Positions 34,795-43,851 are shown, counted from the stretch's first letter. The stretch is DNA of 57,877 nucleotides from an uncultured Gammaproteobacteria bacterium (GCA_964442385.1 CAYTYZ010000006.1:1-57877); one strand, 5' to 3'. Notes: generated by a model not told the origin, from the sequence alone. Translations and numbers: made by a program.

Positions 34795-36720
34795 ATGTTT
34801 TCAGTTAAAAGAGATCCTCAAAATCCCATTATTAGACCTTACAAGGCCAGAGCCTGGGAAGGTTACGCTACTTTTAATTGGTGCCCCATAGAACACGATG
34901 GAAAAACCTTTGTTACTTACCGGGCCATGTCACTTCATGATCCCATCTTGCCCGATCCCAAACAGCGCTCCATAATCGGGGTTGCTCAAACCATAGACGG
35001 TCATACTTTTACTAACCGCCATGAACTTATAGTTCCCCAGGAAGATTGGGAATGTTTTGGTTGCGAAGATCCCCGTGTCATAAAATGGGGAGACACTTTT
35101 TATATTTTCTACACCGCTCTGTCTATCTATCCTTATGGCCCAGATGGTATCCGTCTTGCTGTTGCACTCAGTAAAGATATGGAAACGGTTTATGAGCGCC
35201 ATTTGGTAACTCCCTTTAACGCCAAAGCCATGTCGCTTTTCCCAGACGACGTAAACGGCAAGTTAACAGCAATATTAACCGTAAACACCGATAGACCTCC
35301 ACTACCTGCTCGAATTGCCATAGCCCAGTTTGATTCCATCGAGGATCTTTGGAACCACGAAAAGTGGAACACCTGGTATAACAATGTAGAGCTAGAACAC
35401 CGAGTAAATCTACACCGCAGGTCTGAAAGCGACCACATTGAACTAGGAGGACCTCCGATTAAAACTGATGCAGGCTGGTTATTAATATATTCTTATACTG
35501 AAAATTTCTTCAAGTATGACAATCGTCCTGTCGTTATGGGAATCGAAGCAGCCCTTTTGAGCAAAGAAGACCCCAAGCAAGCTATAGGACAGACCAAAGG
35601 GCCCATTTTAGCCCCAGAAGAATATTATGAAAGAGTTGGATATGTCGGTAACGTAGTTTTTCCTAGTGGTACCAAATTAATAGACAATAAATTAGAAATA
35701 TATTACGGCGCAGCCGACACCACCTGTTGCAAAGCTAGCGTTAATCTAGAAAGTCTTTTGGGTTCCATAAATCCGCAAACTCAAGAGCACTATTCTTTTC
35801 AAAGATATCACAAAAATCCCATTCTTTTACCAACCGACAAACCATGGGAAAATAAAGCTGTTTTTAACCCAGCGGCCATAGATTTAGGTGGTAAAATCCA
35901 CATTCTTTACCGAGCTATGGGGGACGATGACACCTCCACAATTGGGTATGCCTCAAGTACAAACGGCTACGATATTGACGAGCGACTTGACTACCCAATT
36001 TACACCCCAAGATCTGACTTTGAGTTGAAAATCAAGCCACCAGGCAACTCTGGTTGCGAAGATCCCAGAATTGTTCAAATAGGGGATACTCTCCATATGT
36101 ACTACACCGCCTACAATGGGGTTGATCCACCGAAAGTTGCAGCCACCACTATTTCTGTATCAGATTTCCTATCAAAGTCTTGGAACTGGTCCCAGCCTGT
36201 AATTATTACCCCAACAGGTGTCGATGACAAAGACTCTTGTATAATTCCAGAAGAAATAAATGGCAAATTTCTAATAATTCACCGTATCAATGGCCGTATT
36301 TGTGCAGACTACTTGCCAGGACTTGATTATGACAAATTCAAAGTTCAAAAATGTACCGAACTACTTGAACCACGTTCTGGTATGTGGGACAGCTGGAAGG
36401 TTGGTATTGCTGGTCAACCGCTTAAAACCGATGTGGGTTGGCTATTGTTTTACCATGGAGTTTCTCAAATACGCCATTCCTATCGGTTGGGTGTGGCTCT
36501 TTTAAACCCACTAAACCCACTTGAAGTCTTAGCTAGGTCATCAGACCCCATTTTAGAACCAGTCGAAAATTATGAGAAATACGGAATTGTTCCTAATGTT
36601 GTTTTTCCCTGTAGCACCATAGTAAGAGACAACAAAGTTATAGTTTACTATGGAGGAGCCGATACTGTTATTGGTGTTGCTTCTATGGATTTACAAATTA
36701 TTCTAAAATCCTTAGTTTAA
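34795..36720 (+). CDS. Tandem double GH130 domain protein
   Basis: There are two complete copies. The first has WEGYATFNW..YRAM, CEDPRVIKWGDTFYIFYTA and IYYGAADT. The second has WENKAVFNPAAIDLGGKIHILYRAMG, CEDPRIVQIGDTLHMYYTA and VYYGGADT. Confidence 0.75.
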   Translation: MFSVKRDPQNPIIRPYKARAWEGYATFNWCPIEHDGKTFVTYRAMSLHDPILPDPKQRSIIGVAQTIDGHTFTNRHELIVPQEDWECFGCEDPRVIKWGDTFYIFYTALSIYPYGPDGIRLAVALSKDMETVYERHLVTPFNAKAMSLFPDDVNGKLTAILTVNTDRPPLPARIAIAQFDSIEDLWNHEKWNTWYNNVELEHRVNLHRRSESDHIELGGPPIKTDAGWLLIYSYTENFFKYDNRPVVMGIEAALLSKEDPKQAIGQTKGPILAPEEYYERVGYVGNVVFPSGTKLIDNKLEIYYGAADTTCCKASVNLESLLGSINPQTQEHYSFQRYHKNPILLPTDKPWENKAVFNPAAIDLGGKIHILYRAMGDDDTSTIGYASSTNGYDIDERLDYPIYTPRSDFELKIKPPGNSGCEDPRIVQIGDTLHMYYTAYNGVDPPKVAATTISVSDFLSKSWNWSQPVIITPTGVDDKDSCIIPEEINGKFLIIHRINGRICADYLPGLDYDKFKVQKCTELLEPRSGMWDSWKVGIAGQPLKTDVGWLLFYHGVSQIRHSYRLGVALLNPLNPLEVLARSSDPILEPVENYEKYGIVPNVVFPCSTIVRDNKVIVYYGGADTVIGVASMDLQIILKSLV

Positions 36721-36740
36721 ATATGTTACACTAATTTTAT

Positions 36741-36911
36741 ATGGCTAAAAAACGCACCTCCCAAACCAAAAAAACTGTAGTTAAAGCTACACCGGTTAAA
36801 AAAACTGTTCCCCAGCAAGTCCAAGAAGTAAGGTCCAATCATATTGCCAGGCTACTATTAATTTTGGCTCTCATAACAGTTGCCGGTTATTTTTTGTATA
36901 GTTTGTATTAA
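36741..36911 (+). CDS. Small 56-aa basic membrane protein
   Basis: Below the track cutoff. My translation is MAKKRTSQTKKTVVKATPVKKTVPQQVQEVRSNHIARLLLILALITVAGYFLYSLY. Confidence 0.4.
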   Translation: MAKKRTSQTKKTVVKATPVKKTVPQQVQEVRSNHIARLLLILALITVAGYFLYSLY

Positions 36912-36913
36912 TT

Positions 36914-37324
36914 ATGGCTATTCCTAAATTTAAACCAGTTGCAAATCTACCCCAGGGCACAAAAGACAGGCTAAAGCCTCTTTTTGGTGTTATTTTAGCC
37001 CTACTTTTGGGAGCTTTTGGCCTCGAGGCCAGTAAAACTGATTTCGATTTAGGTAAATTAATGCAAGGTCAAACTTTAGAGGAAGCCAAAATTCCCCGCG
37101 ACAACAATGGCAATTTGATTTTAAATCCCAAGGTAAAACGAGACAGTGCTGGAAATTTTCTTTTGGAAAATTGCACCAAAGATCTTTATAACTGCGACAA
37201 CTTTAAAACCCAATCCGAAGCCCAAGAGGTATATCTAAAATGTGGTGGCAAAGGTGATGACGTCAATAATCTAGATCGTGACAAAGACGGCAAACCTTGT
37301 GAAGATCTACCCGTTGGCAAGTGA
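36914..37324 (+). CDS. Excalibur calcium-binding domain protein (membrane-anchored)
   Basis: CDNFKTQSEAQEVYLKCGGKGDDVNNLDRDKDGKPCEDL. Confidence 0.75.
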   Translation: MAIPKFKPVANLPQGTKDRLKPLFGVILALLLGAFGLEASKTDFDLGKLMQGQTLEEAKIPRDNNGNLILNPKVKRDSAGNFLLENCTKDLYNCDNFKTQSEAQEVYLKCGGKGDDVNNLDRDKDGKPCEDLPVGK

Positions 37325-38419
37325 TCCCATTTTTAAAGCATTCTTTTTAACCAAGGGATCAATAGTGTAACTAGCAATAATATAAACAGCCTCAAAAGCC
37401 AAAACTGAAAGGTCGTGCGAGCAAGGCATTAGATGAGTTAAAAAGTAGGCTACAACTGCGATCAAAAAGGCGTTTCTGAGAGTAGTTCTAGTGCTTTCCC
37501 GATGAACCCTGTCCACAATTTCTTGACTTAATCCATTTTTTAGGGCATGTTCTCTTTGTTCCTTGTTGTGTTTATTACCCATAAAAATCGTAGCCACAAA
37601 AGTTGCCAAAGCTGTGATTATATTAAAACTTGTATTTTGTTTTGAGATATCGGCTGATAATAACACGCCTTCGGCTGCAGAGGGAAAATTTCTAAAAAGA
37701 TATATAGATGCTATAAACAAACTGCCAATTATTCCTATCAACCAATAATGAATTCGGTTTAACTTAATTCTTAAATTTACCAAAATGGCCGGCTTAAGCC
37801 CTGTACTATTTCTTATCCATTTCCACAGCATTCTAGGTACAAAAAGTAGTGCAAATACCACTGCCCAAAAACTTACGATGTTAATCCAAGGGATATCAAT
37901 AGTCTGAGTAACGTTTAGCCAAGGGAAAGGGAAATGGGTGCCTTTTAGGGGATACTCTGGGTACGGCACCCAGCCATACAAATATTTTGAAGCATCAATT
38001 TTATGATGATCACTATAAAAATCTAACAAGAAAAATCTACCAGCTGAGACAAAGGCAATCAAAAGTAGCAAAAAATTGATCGAGTAAATTAAAGTTGGCC
38101 AATCCCCAGACTGTACTTTCTTTTTTAGCAAAAACCCTTGTTCTTCTTTATTTTTCTGGTCCGAGAGTTCATCTTCAAAGGCTTTTAGTTTTGGCCAGGT
38201 CATCTCTCCGATAAATCTCAGCGGCAAAAAAGCCAAATTTTGTACCACCGCTACTAGAATAATTACAATCCATGAATTCTGCACCAAGTGGTACATGCTA
38301 AAGAACAAGCTCCCGTACAACCTAAAACTACCTCCCTGAGCAAACCAAATTCCGACCACCAGTACAAAGAAAGCAAAAAACAGCAATGGAAAGGGCATTT
38401 GTTTTTGTTCATTAACCAT
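37307..38419 (-). CDS. Polytopic membrane protein (weakly YidC/Oxa1-like)
   Basis: 370 aa with at least 6 TM segments. VVQNLAFLPLRF followed by a charged hairpin resembles the insertase core, but I cannot confirm this. Confidence 0.4.
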   Translation of the reverse strand: MVNEQKQMPFPLLFFAFFVLVVGIWFAQGGSFRLYGSLFFSMYHLVQNSWIVIILVAVVQNLAFLPLRFIGEMTWPKLKAFEDELSDQKNKEEQGFLLKKKVQSGDWPTLIYSINFLLLLIAFVSAGRFFLLDFYSDHHKIDASKYLYGWVPYPEYPLKGTHFPFPWLNVTQTIDIPWINIVSFWAVVFALLFVPRMLWKWIRNSTGLKPAILVNLRIKLNRIHYWLIGIIGSLFIASIYLFRNFPSAAEGVLLSADISKQNTSFNIITALATFVATIFMGNKHNKEQREHALKNGLSQEIVDRVHRESTRTTLRNAFLIAVVAYFLTHLMPCSHDLSVLAFEAVYIIASYTIDPLVKKNALKMGSLANG

Positions 38420-38454
38420 AGATTACTTATATTGTATCAATTAGACTCTCCATC

Positions 38455-39546
38455 TTAAAAACCTATTGGCCTGTTCTTTTCTGTTGTGTCAAATCCCATC
38501 CAAGAAAAACAAGCCCGTGCCACCTCTAGCATTACTTCTGGGTGTTTGGCATCTAACAGAGCCTTTAAAACGCTTTTTATATCCACACTATAATATCTAT
38601 GGCCATCTGGCCCAAAAGTATACCTTAAATATTCTTTTGCAATAACGGAGTCCTGATGCCCAAGGGTTAATTCACCGGTGTGGTCACCTAAAAGTATTCT
38701 CGTGATATCTACAATCGGCCGATACCTATAATGATCAGCACTTTTGCTTAATGCTATAATTTCCGAATTATTTGGTAGCCTTAAAACTTCCTTGTTCCAA
38801 TTCTTACCATATTTTCCAACAATTTCAATATAAAGTGCGGTAATAAGACCCCTTAAAACCTGAAACCCTCCTTTTCCGTTTGGATATACCTTTTCGTATA
38901 AACCAGTCTCTCTCTCAATCTTTTCCATCATACTTCTCACTTTTCTAATATTTACTCCGTGTTCAGTTTCTTCTAATGCTAAAAGTACATCACTATAAAA
39001 TTTATCCAGCTGATGTCTTGGTTTAATGGGGTCGTCAACAAGTCCGGCCCCCTTCGCTTCTGTAGGTGCCGATCTAAGCATAACTAGAATATTTTCCTCG
39101 ATGCCTATTTCTTGTCCATAAAAAAATACCCCAAAATGAGATCCGGTATCAGTAGTTCGTAGCTTAATTATTTGTTTATTTCTACCTAAAAAAGTTAGCA
39201 ATGACTTTGGATCAAGGGCAGGCAAGTTCAAAAATCGGGCTCTTACCCCCTTGTCTGTCACTTCAGTTATTCCATTCCACCTAAATCCAATAGTTTTTCC
39301 ACTTATAGGATCAGAGCCACCATTTGTGGATTTTATTCCAGTTGTATCAGCTTGAAAAAGTCTTGTTAGACCTGAAAACGCATAATCAGGTGCTGTCCTT
39401 TGATCAGTAGTTGGTTCACTGTAGTATGACCCATCAGCTGCAGCAACTAAGTTTGTTAATCTGTCACCTATTTTTAACAATCCCACAACAGGAATTAATA
39501 CTTCCTGTTCGGAATCACTCAATAATACATCTAGTCTCCTTGCCAT
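38455..39546 (-). CDS. Hypothetical protein (363 aa, soluble)
   Basis: Long clean ORF; no motif recognised. Confidence 0.5.
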   Translation of the reverse strand: MARRLDVLLSDSEQEVLIPVVGLLKIGDRLTNLVAAADGSYYSEPTTDQRTAPDYAFSGLTRLFQADTTGIKSTNGGSDPISGKTIGFRWNGITEVTDKGVRARFLNLPALDPKSLLTFLGRNKQIIKLRTTDTGSHFGVFFYGQEIGIEENILVMLRSAPTEAKGAGLVDDPIKPRHQLDKFYSDVLLALEETEHGVNIRKVRSMMEKIERETGLYEKVYPNGKGGFQVLRGLITALYIEIVGKYGKNWNKEVLRLPNNSEIIALSKSADHYRYRPIVDITRILLGDHTGELTLGHQDSVIAKEYLRYTFGPDGHRYYSVDIKSVLKALLDAKHPEVMLEVARACFSWMGFDTTEKNRPIGF

Positions 39547-39588
39547 ATATGTAATTATATCATATTATAAGATTATAGTCAAATATAA

Positions 39589-39620
39589 TTCGAGCTGGTG
39601 CTGAAAGACACCAGCTCGAA
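39589..39620 (-). terminator. Intrinsic terminator after the MFS gene
   Basis: TTCGAGCTGGTG (39589-39600) pairs with CACCAGCTCGAA (39609-39620), a 12-bp stem starting 3 nt after the TAG stop. TTATATTT follows on the minus strand. Confidence 0.6.
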
Positions 39621-39622
39621 AC

Positions 39623-40768
39623 CTAGACAAGACGTTTCCGAGTCCACAAGGCCAAAAGTATCAAGCCCACAGAAAAGATCATCCAAACTTGCAGAGGTTC
39701 TAGAAAAGTGGTCAGTAGTCCTGATACGATTAGTCCCAGGGCGTTTCCTCCAGTTCCCACCGCGCTTCGAATCGAGTTGGCACTGGATCTTTCCGGGTCA
39801 TCTATTTCCCTGTTGGCCCAAGAAAACAGAATAGGCCGCAGGGCCCCTCGCCCAATTTCATGCAACCAAAAACCAGATAGTAGACCCAGAGGTATACCCA
39901 GACTACCAGTTACCAGAATAGGCGCTCCTGTTGCCAGGATTACTAGCCATATATGATTATGGTCTAGCTTGTTAGCAATCCACGACCCTATGGCAGTAAA
40001 GAGAGCCACCCCAACCCAGATTAGACCAACCCATTCTTGCCCGCCAAGTACTTCCTTTAGTATCGGAGCCCAGAACATATTAAAACTTGTCACAAATCCA
40101 AAAAACAAAAAAGATACCACTAGAGTATTTCTAAGTATTGGATTTTGCCAACTTTTAGCCAAAACATTTTTCAAGTTAACCCCAGCCTTTTCTCTCTCTT
40201 CATGGCTTATACCATCAACTGTTCCCCGCATGGCCAAATGAGTTATTAGCCAACCTATTAGCCCCATTCCAGCGCCAATTAGCCAAGGATATTGCAAGCC
40301 TAGTTTGGCACCAATCCAACCTCCAGCAACAGCCCCTGGTAGGCCAATAACCTTTGACCAAAAGCCCATTTTGGAAATTTGCTCCTTACTTTTTTCCTGA
40401 CCAACCACGTTTCTTAGCCAAGACTCCAGAGCTTCAGACATCAGCACATGTCCAACTGCAGCGGTGGCCTCTGCCAGGGCAAACTGCCAAAAAAAGTTTC
40501 CCGTTCCATATATTAACATTGCCCCTGCCCAAACTAGTTGACCGGCCAAATATACTCTTTTTTGTCCTATTTTATCGGCCAACCACCCAGTCAGCGGATC
40601 CAGTAAAAACGACAAGCTCATGTATATTACATTCAGCAGGTTGGCTTGAAGTAGGCTCAGTCCCTTGTCTTGCAAAAACAATACGTAGGTTGTCATCATC
40701 CAGCCAACGGCCAAAGACATACTGACATTAGCCACCGCAAAGGCGGCTATCTCTCGCTTATGTTTCAT
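39623..40768 (-). CDS. MFS transporter
   Basis: 381 aa with about 12 TM segments. A loop 2-3 motif GWLADKIGQKR is present. AAGGAGGAG RBS. Confidence 0.8.
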   Translation of the reverse strand: MKHKREIAAFAVANVSMSLAVGWMMTTYVLFLQDKGLSLLQANLLNVIYMSLSFLLDPLTGWLADKIGQKRVYLAGQLVWAGAMLIYGTGNFFWQFALAEATAAVGHVLMSEALESWLRNVVGQEKSKEQISKMGFWSKVIGLPGAVAGGWIGAKLGLQYPWLIGAGMGLIGWLITHLAMRGTVDGISHEEREKAGVNLKNVLAKSWQNPILRNTLVVSFLFFGFVTSFNMFWAPILKEVLGGQEWVGLIWVGVALFTAIGSWIANKLDHNHIWLVILATGAPILVTGSLGIPLGLLSGFWLHEIGRGALRPILFSWANREIDDPERSSANSIRSAVGTGGNALGLIVSGLLTTFLEPLQVWMIFSVGLILLALWTRKRLV

Positions 40769-40857
40769 GACTCCTCCTTTTTTAAAGAACTATTAACCTG
40801 ACTTCACTCCTTTCAGATAGTAAAGTCAAATAAGCCTCCAGAAGGGAATTTTCTATT

Positions 40858-40886
40858 AAAAAAGCCCCCATTGCTGGAGGCTTTTT
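40858..40886 (-). terminator. Intrinsic terminator inside the MFS leader
   Basis: On the minus strand AGCCUCCA-GCAA-UGGGGGCU forms 8 bp including one G-U, with a GNRA loop, followed by U6. On the plus strand the same position is a C-A mismatch, so the minus strand is the better fit. An upstream-strand copy AAGCCTCCAG (40832-40841) can also pair with it. Confidence 0.6.
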
Positions 40887-40898
40887 AAAGTTTACTTC

Positions 40899-41000
40899 TT
40901 AAAAGCCCCCACCCGTGCAGGTAATAAGCACGGCCATACCCTTCCAGTTTTCACCGGAAGTGTGTGTGGGTCGACAACTTTTAGAGTAATAACTTTTCAT
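40899..41000 (-). CDS. Candidate leaderless 33-codon sORF overlapping the structured leader
   Basis: The ATG at 41000 lies 6 nt after a TAGAAT -10 box. The product is MKSYYSKSCRPTHTSGENWKGMAVLITCTGGGF, with TAA at 40901..40899, 15 nt before the terminator stem. No SD sequence. Confidence 0.25.
   Translation of the reverse strand: MKSYYSKSCRPTHTSGENWKGMAVLITCTGGGF
40905..40975 (-). ncRNA. Three-way-junction RNA fold in the MFS leader (unclassified cis-regulatory candidate)
   Basis: Read on the minus strand. P1 is CCCAC with GUGGG. Pa is CUUCCGG-ugaaaa-CUGGAAG, 7 bp, where the G-U pair would be an A-C mismatch on the plus strand. Pb is CCGUGC-uuauuaccu-GCACGG. Confidence 0.35.
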
Positions 41001-41006
41001 AATCCA

Positions 41007-41035
41007 ATTCTATCCTATATAAATATATGTAGCAA
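41007..41035 (-). promoter_or_regulatory. Promoter for the MFS leader
   Basis: On the minus strand: TTGCTA (41035-41030), a 17-nt spacer, then TAGAAT (41012-41007). Confidence 0.45.
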
Positions 41036-41096
41036 GTAGGCAAATATGTAAAGCATACTTGACACCCGAATTATCTCAATGTAAAGTAAACTATAC

Positions 41097-41294
41097 ATGC
41101 AAATTAACAATAACATTAGTATATTAAGGGATCAAATTCACCTTACTCAAGAAGATTTAGCTAAAAAAGTAGAAGTTAGCAGGCAAACCATAATAGCTAT
41201 GGAAAAAGGGGATTATAGCCCGTCTTTGCTACTAGCTTTTAAGCTTTCCAAGGTCTTTAAATTATCAATTGAAAAAATATTTTATCTAAAATGA
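41097..41294 (+). CDS. XRE-family helix-turn-helix regulator (short, YozG-like)
   Basis: LRDQIHLTQEDLAKKVEVSRQTIIAMEKGDYSPSLLLAFKLSKVF. Confidence 0.8.
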   Translation: MQINNNISILRDQIHLTQEDLAKKVEVSRQTIIAMEKGDYSPSLLLAFKLSKVFKLSIEKIFYLK

Positions 41295-41647
41295 CCAAGT
41301 CCAATTTTATTCAGGCATTATTTTGCTTAATTATTATAATTATTGCCTCATCCTTGGCCAATTTATTTGATTTTTTTATGCCCATGGGTTTTCAATATAT
41401 TCTAATTGCTCTTGCCACTGTCCTATTTTCCTTAGTCGCTAAAAAACTTTTAGCAAAAACTAACCTAGATGAGCGCGAACAACAGCTGGAATTAATTAAC
41501 TATAAATATGCCTATATCATCAGCAATACTATTTTATTGGCTACTATTTTTTATCAGAGTTTAATCCACAACTGCAGCCCAGTCCTAGTTTTTGTATTAG
41601 GTGTATCTTTGTTTAGTAAAATTATCATTTCATTTATAAGAAAGTGA
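41291..41647 (+). CDS. Membrane protein coupled to the HTH regulator
   Basis: 118 aa with about 4 TM segments and an ATGA overlap with the HTH gene. Confidence 0.5.
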   Translation: MTKSNFIQALFCLIIIIIASSLANLFDFFMPMGFQYILIALATVLFSLVAKKLLAKTNLDEREQQLELINYKYAYIISNTILLATIFYQSLIHNCSPVLVFVLGVSLFSKIIISFIRK

Positions 41648-42051
41648 CCAAAAAATATGCGTTTAGCCTAGTCTTGTGCGTACTTTTACTTTCAGCCTGC
41701 AACGGGAACCCAAAAGTTAGCGAAAAAACTGGTGATCTGATGCAAAAACAAAGTTATTTAGCTTATTCTCCCCAGTTATATGCTCAAACTATAGACCAAA
41801 AGAGAATTCTATTTTTCAAAGCCAACTGGTGTCCAACTTGTAACACTGCTGACAAAGACTTTTTGGATAATATTGGAAAAATTCCCGAAGGCGTAACCGT
41901 ATATCAAGTCGATTATGACAAGGAAACAGTGCTTAAGAAAAAGTATAACATTACTTATCAGCATACTTTCGTTCAGGTGGACACCCAGGGTAATGAAATA
42001 GCCAAATGGAACGGGGGAGGCATAGATAAATTATTATCGTCTTTAAAATAA
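41644..42051 (+). CDS. Thioredoxin-like lipoprotein
   Basis: Lipobox LLLSAC; active site WCPTC. Confidence 0.75.
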   Translation: MTKKYAFSLVLCVLLLSACNGNPKVSEKTGDLMQKQSYLAYSPQLYAQTIDQKRILFFKANWCPTCNTADKDFLDNIGKIPEGVTVYQVDYDKETVLKKKYNITYQHTFVQVDTQGNEIAKWNGGGIDKLLSSLK

Positions 42052-42052
42052 T

Positions 42053-43594
42053 ATGTTGACAATCATAATTGCTTATCTTGCTGGTGTTATAACTCTTCTT
42101 AGTCCATGTGTTTTACCTGTCTTGCCACTTATCCTATCTGGAACTTCAGGAAATAAAAACCGATCCTATGGCATAATTTTTGGTTTTACTTCTGCGTTTA
42201 CTGCTTTAACTTTATTTCTATCAACTTTGGTGAGGATTTTGGGAATTTCGGCTGATTTCATTAGAACTTCGGCTATCTTATTTATCGCTTTTTTTGCCCT
42301 AACTATTCTAATTCCACCGCTACAATTATTTTGGGAAAGGATTACCAGTAAATTTTTACCAAAACAGTCTTCAAAAACTAACAATGGTTTTATTGGTGGT
42401 CTCATTTTTGGCCTAAACCTAGCCATTCTATGGACACCTTGTGTAGGGCCTATTCTGGCTTCGGTTATATCCCTGGCCCTTACTGGAACCGTCACCCTGC
42501 AAACATTTTTTATTACCCTCTCTTATAGTTTGGGCACAGCTTCTACTATGCTTCTAATTATGGCTTTTGGTCGAAATCTTACCTCGCGACTGCGAAATCC
42601 AATTCTTTTACAAAAAGGCCTGGCTCTTCTAATGCTTGCCACCGCCATTGCCATGTATTTTGGCTTTGATCGTCAGTTACAAACCAAATTGCTTGACCTA
42701 GTACCCACAGTAAAGATATTAGATAACCTTGAAAAAAACGTTACAACCGTAGGGGTAGACCCACGTGTCTACCCTGATAGCAATGCCTACCCATCAGCTC
42801 CTGACTTTACTGGAGGTGGCACCTGGCTTAATTCACCAAACCCTCTTAGCCTTAAAACCAACTTAAAAGGCAAGGTGGTTTTAGTGGATTTTTGGACCTA
42901 TACTTGCATAAACTGTATTCGAACTTTGCCTTATGTTCAATCTTGGCAAGAAAAATATGCCGCCAAAGGGTTTACTGTTGTAGGTGTCCATTCTCCTGAA
43001 TTTGAAATCGAAAAAAATACTAAAAATGTTGAGGACGCTATCACGCGACACAAACTGACTTATCCAGTAGTTCAAGACAACGATTTTAAGATTTGGAGTA
43101 GTTACGACAACCGTTATTGGCCGGCTCACTATTTAATTGATAAAGAGGGGCGGGTTCGCTACACCCATTTTGGTGAAGGCAATTATCTTGAAACCGAAAA
43201 TAAGATCAGGGAACTATTGGACGAATCCCCAATAACAGGCTCCGAACCCAAAGTCGACAATAAGCCAATTTCGCCCGAAACTTATTTAGGAACAGCCAGG
43301 GCCGATTATTCTAGCTTTAGGCTCTCGCCAGATTTTATAAAAAAACCAGAATATATCGAAAGTGCCAGCGATTCTGCTTCGCTTCAACTTCGTTGGCTGG
43401 GTTCAAAAATTATTTTAGTACTATCCTCAGATACTCCCAAAAAACTAACTATAAATAGCGACGGAGCTGTAACTACGATGCTAGTTGATTCCGACAAGGA
43501 ATATATTTTAGCCGACACTACATATGGTCAACATCAGCTTGAATTAACCTTTCAAACCGGAATTCGAGCCTACGCTTTTACCTTTGGTCAATAA
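42053..43594 (+). CDS. dipZ: DipZ-like protein: CcdA/DsbD transmembrane thiol-disulfide transporter fused to a redoxin domain
   Basis: LLSPCVLPVLPL and WTPCVGPIL are the two CcdA Cys motifs, followed by VLVDFWTYTCINCIRTLPY and GVHSPEF. Confidence 0.8.
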   Translation: MLTIIIAYLAGVITLLSPCVLPVLPLILSGTSGNKNRSYGIIFGFTSAFTALTLFLSTLVRILGISADFIRTSAILFIAFFALTILIPPLQLFWERITSKFLPKQSSKTNNGFIGGLIFGLNLAILWTPCVGPILASVISLALTGTVTLQTFFITLSYSLGTASTMLLIMAFGRNLTSRLRNPILLQKGLALLMLATAIAMYFGFDRQLQTKLLDLVPTVKILDNLEKNVTTVGVDPRVYPDSNAYPSAPDFTGGGTWLNSPNPLSLKTNLKGKVVLVDFWTYTCINCIRTLPYVQSWQEKYAAKGFTVVGVHSPEFEIEKNTKNVEDAITRHKLTYPVVQDNDFKIWSSYDNRYWPAHYLIDKEGRVRYTHFGEGNYLETENKIRELLDESPITGSEPKVDNKPISPETYLGTARADYSSFRLSPDFIKKPEYIESASDSASLQLRWLGSKIILVLSSDTPKKLTINSDGAVTTMLVDSDKEYILADTTYGQHQLELTFQTGIRAYAFTFGQ

Positions 43595-43609
43595 CAAACA
43601 ACCTATAAC

Positions 43610-43637
43610 TTGACAAATAGATATATTATGCTACAAT
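43610..43637 (+). promoter_or_regulatory. Near-consensus extended -10 promoter
   Basis: TTGACA (43610-43615), a 16-nt spacer, then TGcTACAAT (TACAAT at 43632-43637). Confidence 0.45.
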
Positions 43638-43674
43638 AAAGTACGTAGATAATACATATCTACCTTGTACTTTT
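43638..43674 (+). terminator. 14-bp hairpin plus T4; either the dipZ terminator or a 5' stem-loop of the island transcript
   Basis: AAAGTACGTAGATA-ataca-TATCTAC(ctt)GTACTTT, then T. Confidence 0.45.
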
Positions 43675-43703
43675 AAAATCCAATCAGGCAATTAAAACAA
43701 TGG

Positions 43704-43764
43704 TTTTGCCCACTTTCCTGTGTCTTTTGCTTTCATGTACTTAGACACAGCAATGTGGGCAAAG
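43704..43764 (+). promoter_or_regulatory. Long nested hairpin in the leader of the G+C-rich gene
   Basis: UUUUGCCCAC (43704-43713) pairs with GUGGGCAAAG (43755-43764). An inner stem is UGUGUCU (43719-43725) with AGACACA (43743-43749). Confidence 0.45.
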
Positions 43765-43851
43765 GGGATAAGGTGCATTGTGCACCCTGGTCCCAAGCCA
43801 ACGTTTTTTTTACTCCACACTGTGGAGATTCTACCCTAAGGAGGGATTACC

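Noticed and set aside
39598-40725. Plus-strand ORFs antisense to the MFS gene (39598..39834, 39708..39956, 39969..40241 and 40354..40725).
   Set aside because: They are shadow frames of a hydrophobic, relatively G+C-rich membrane-protein gene, with no starts supported by an SD and no motifs.
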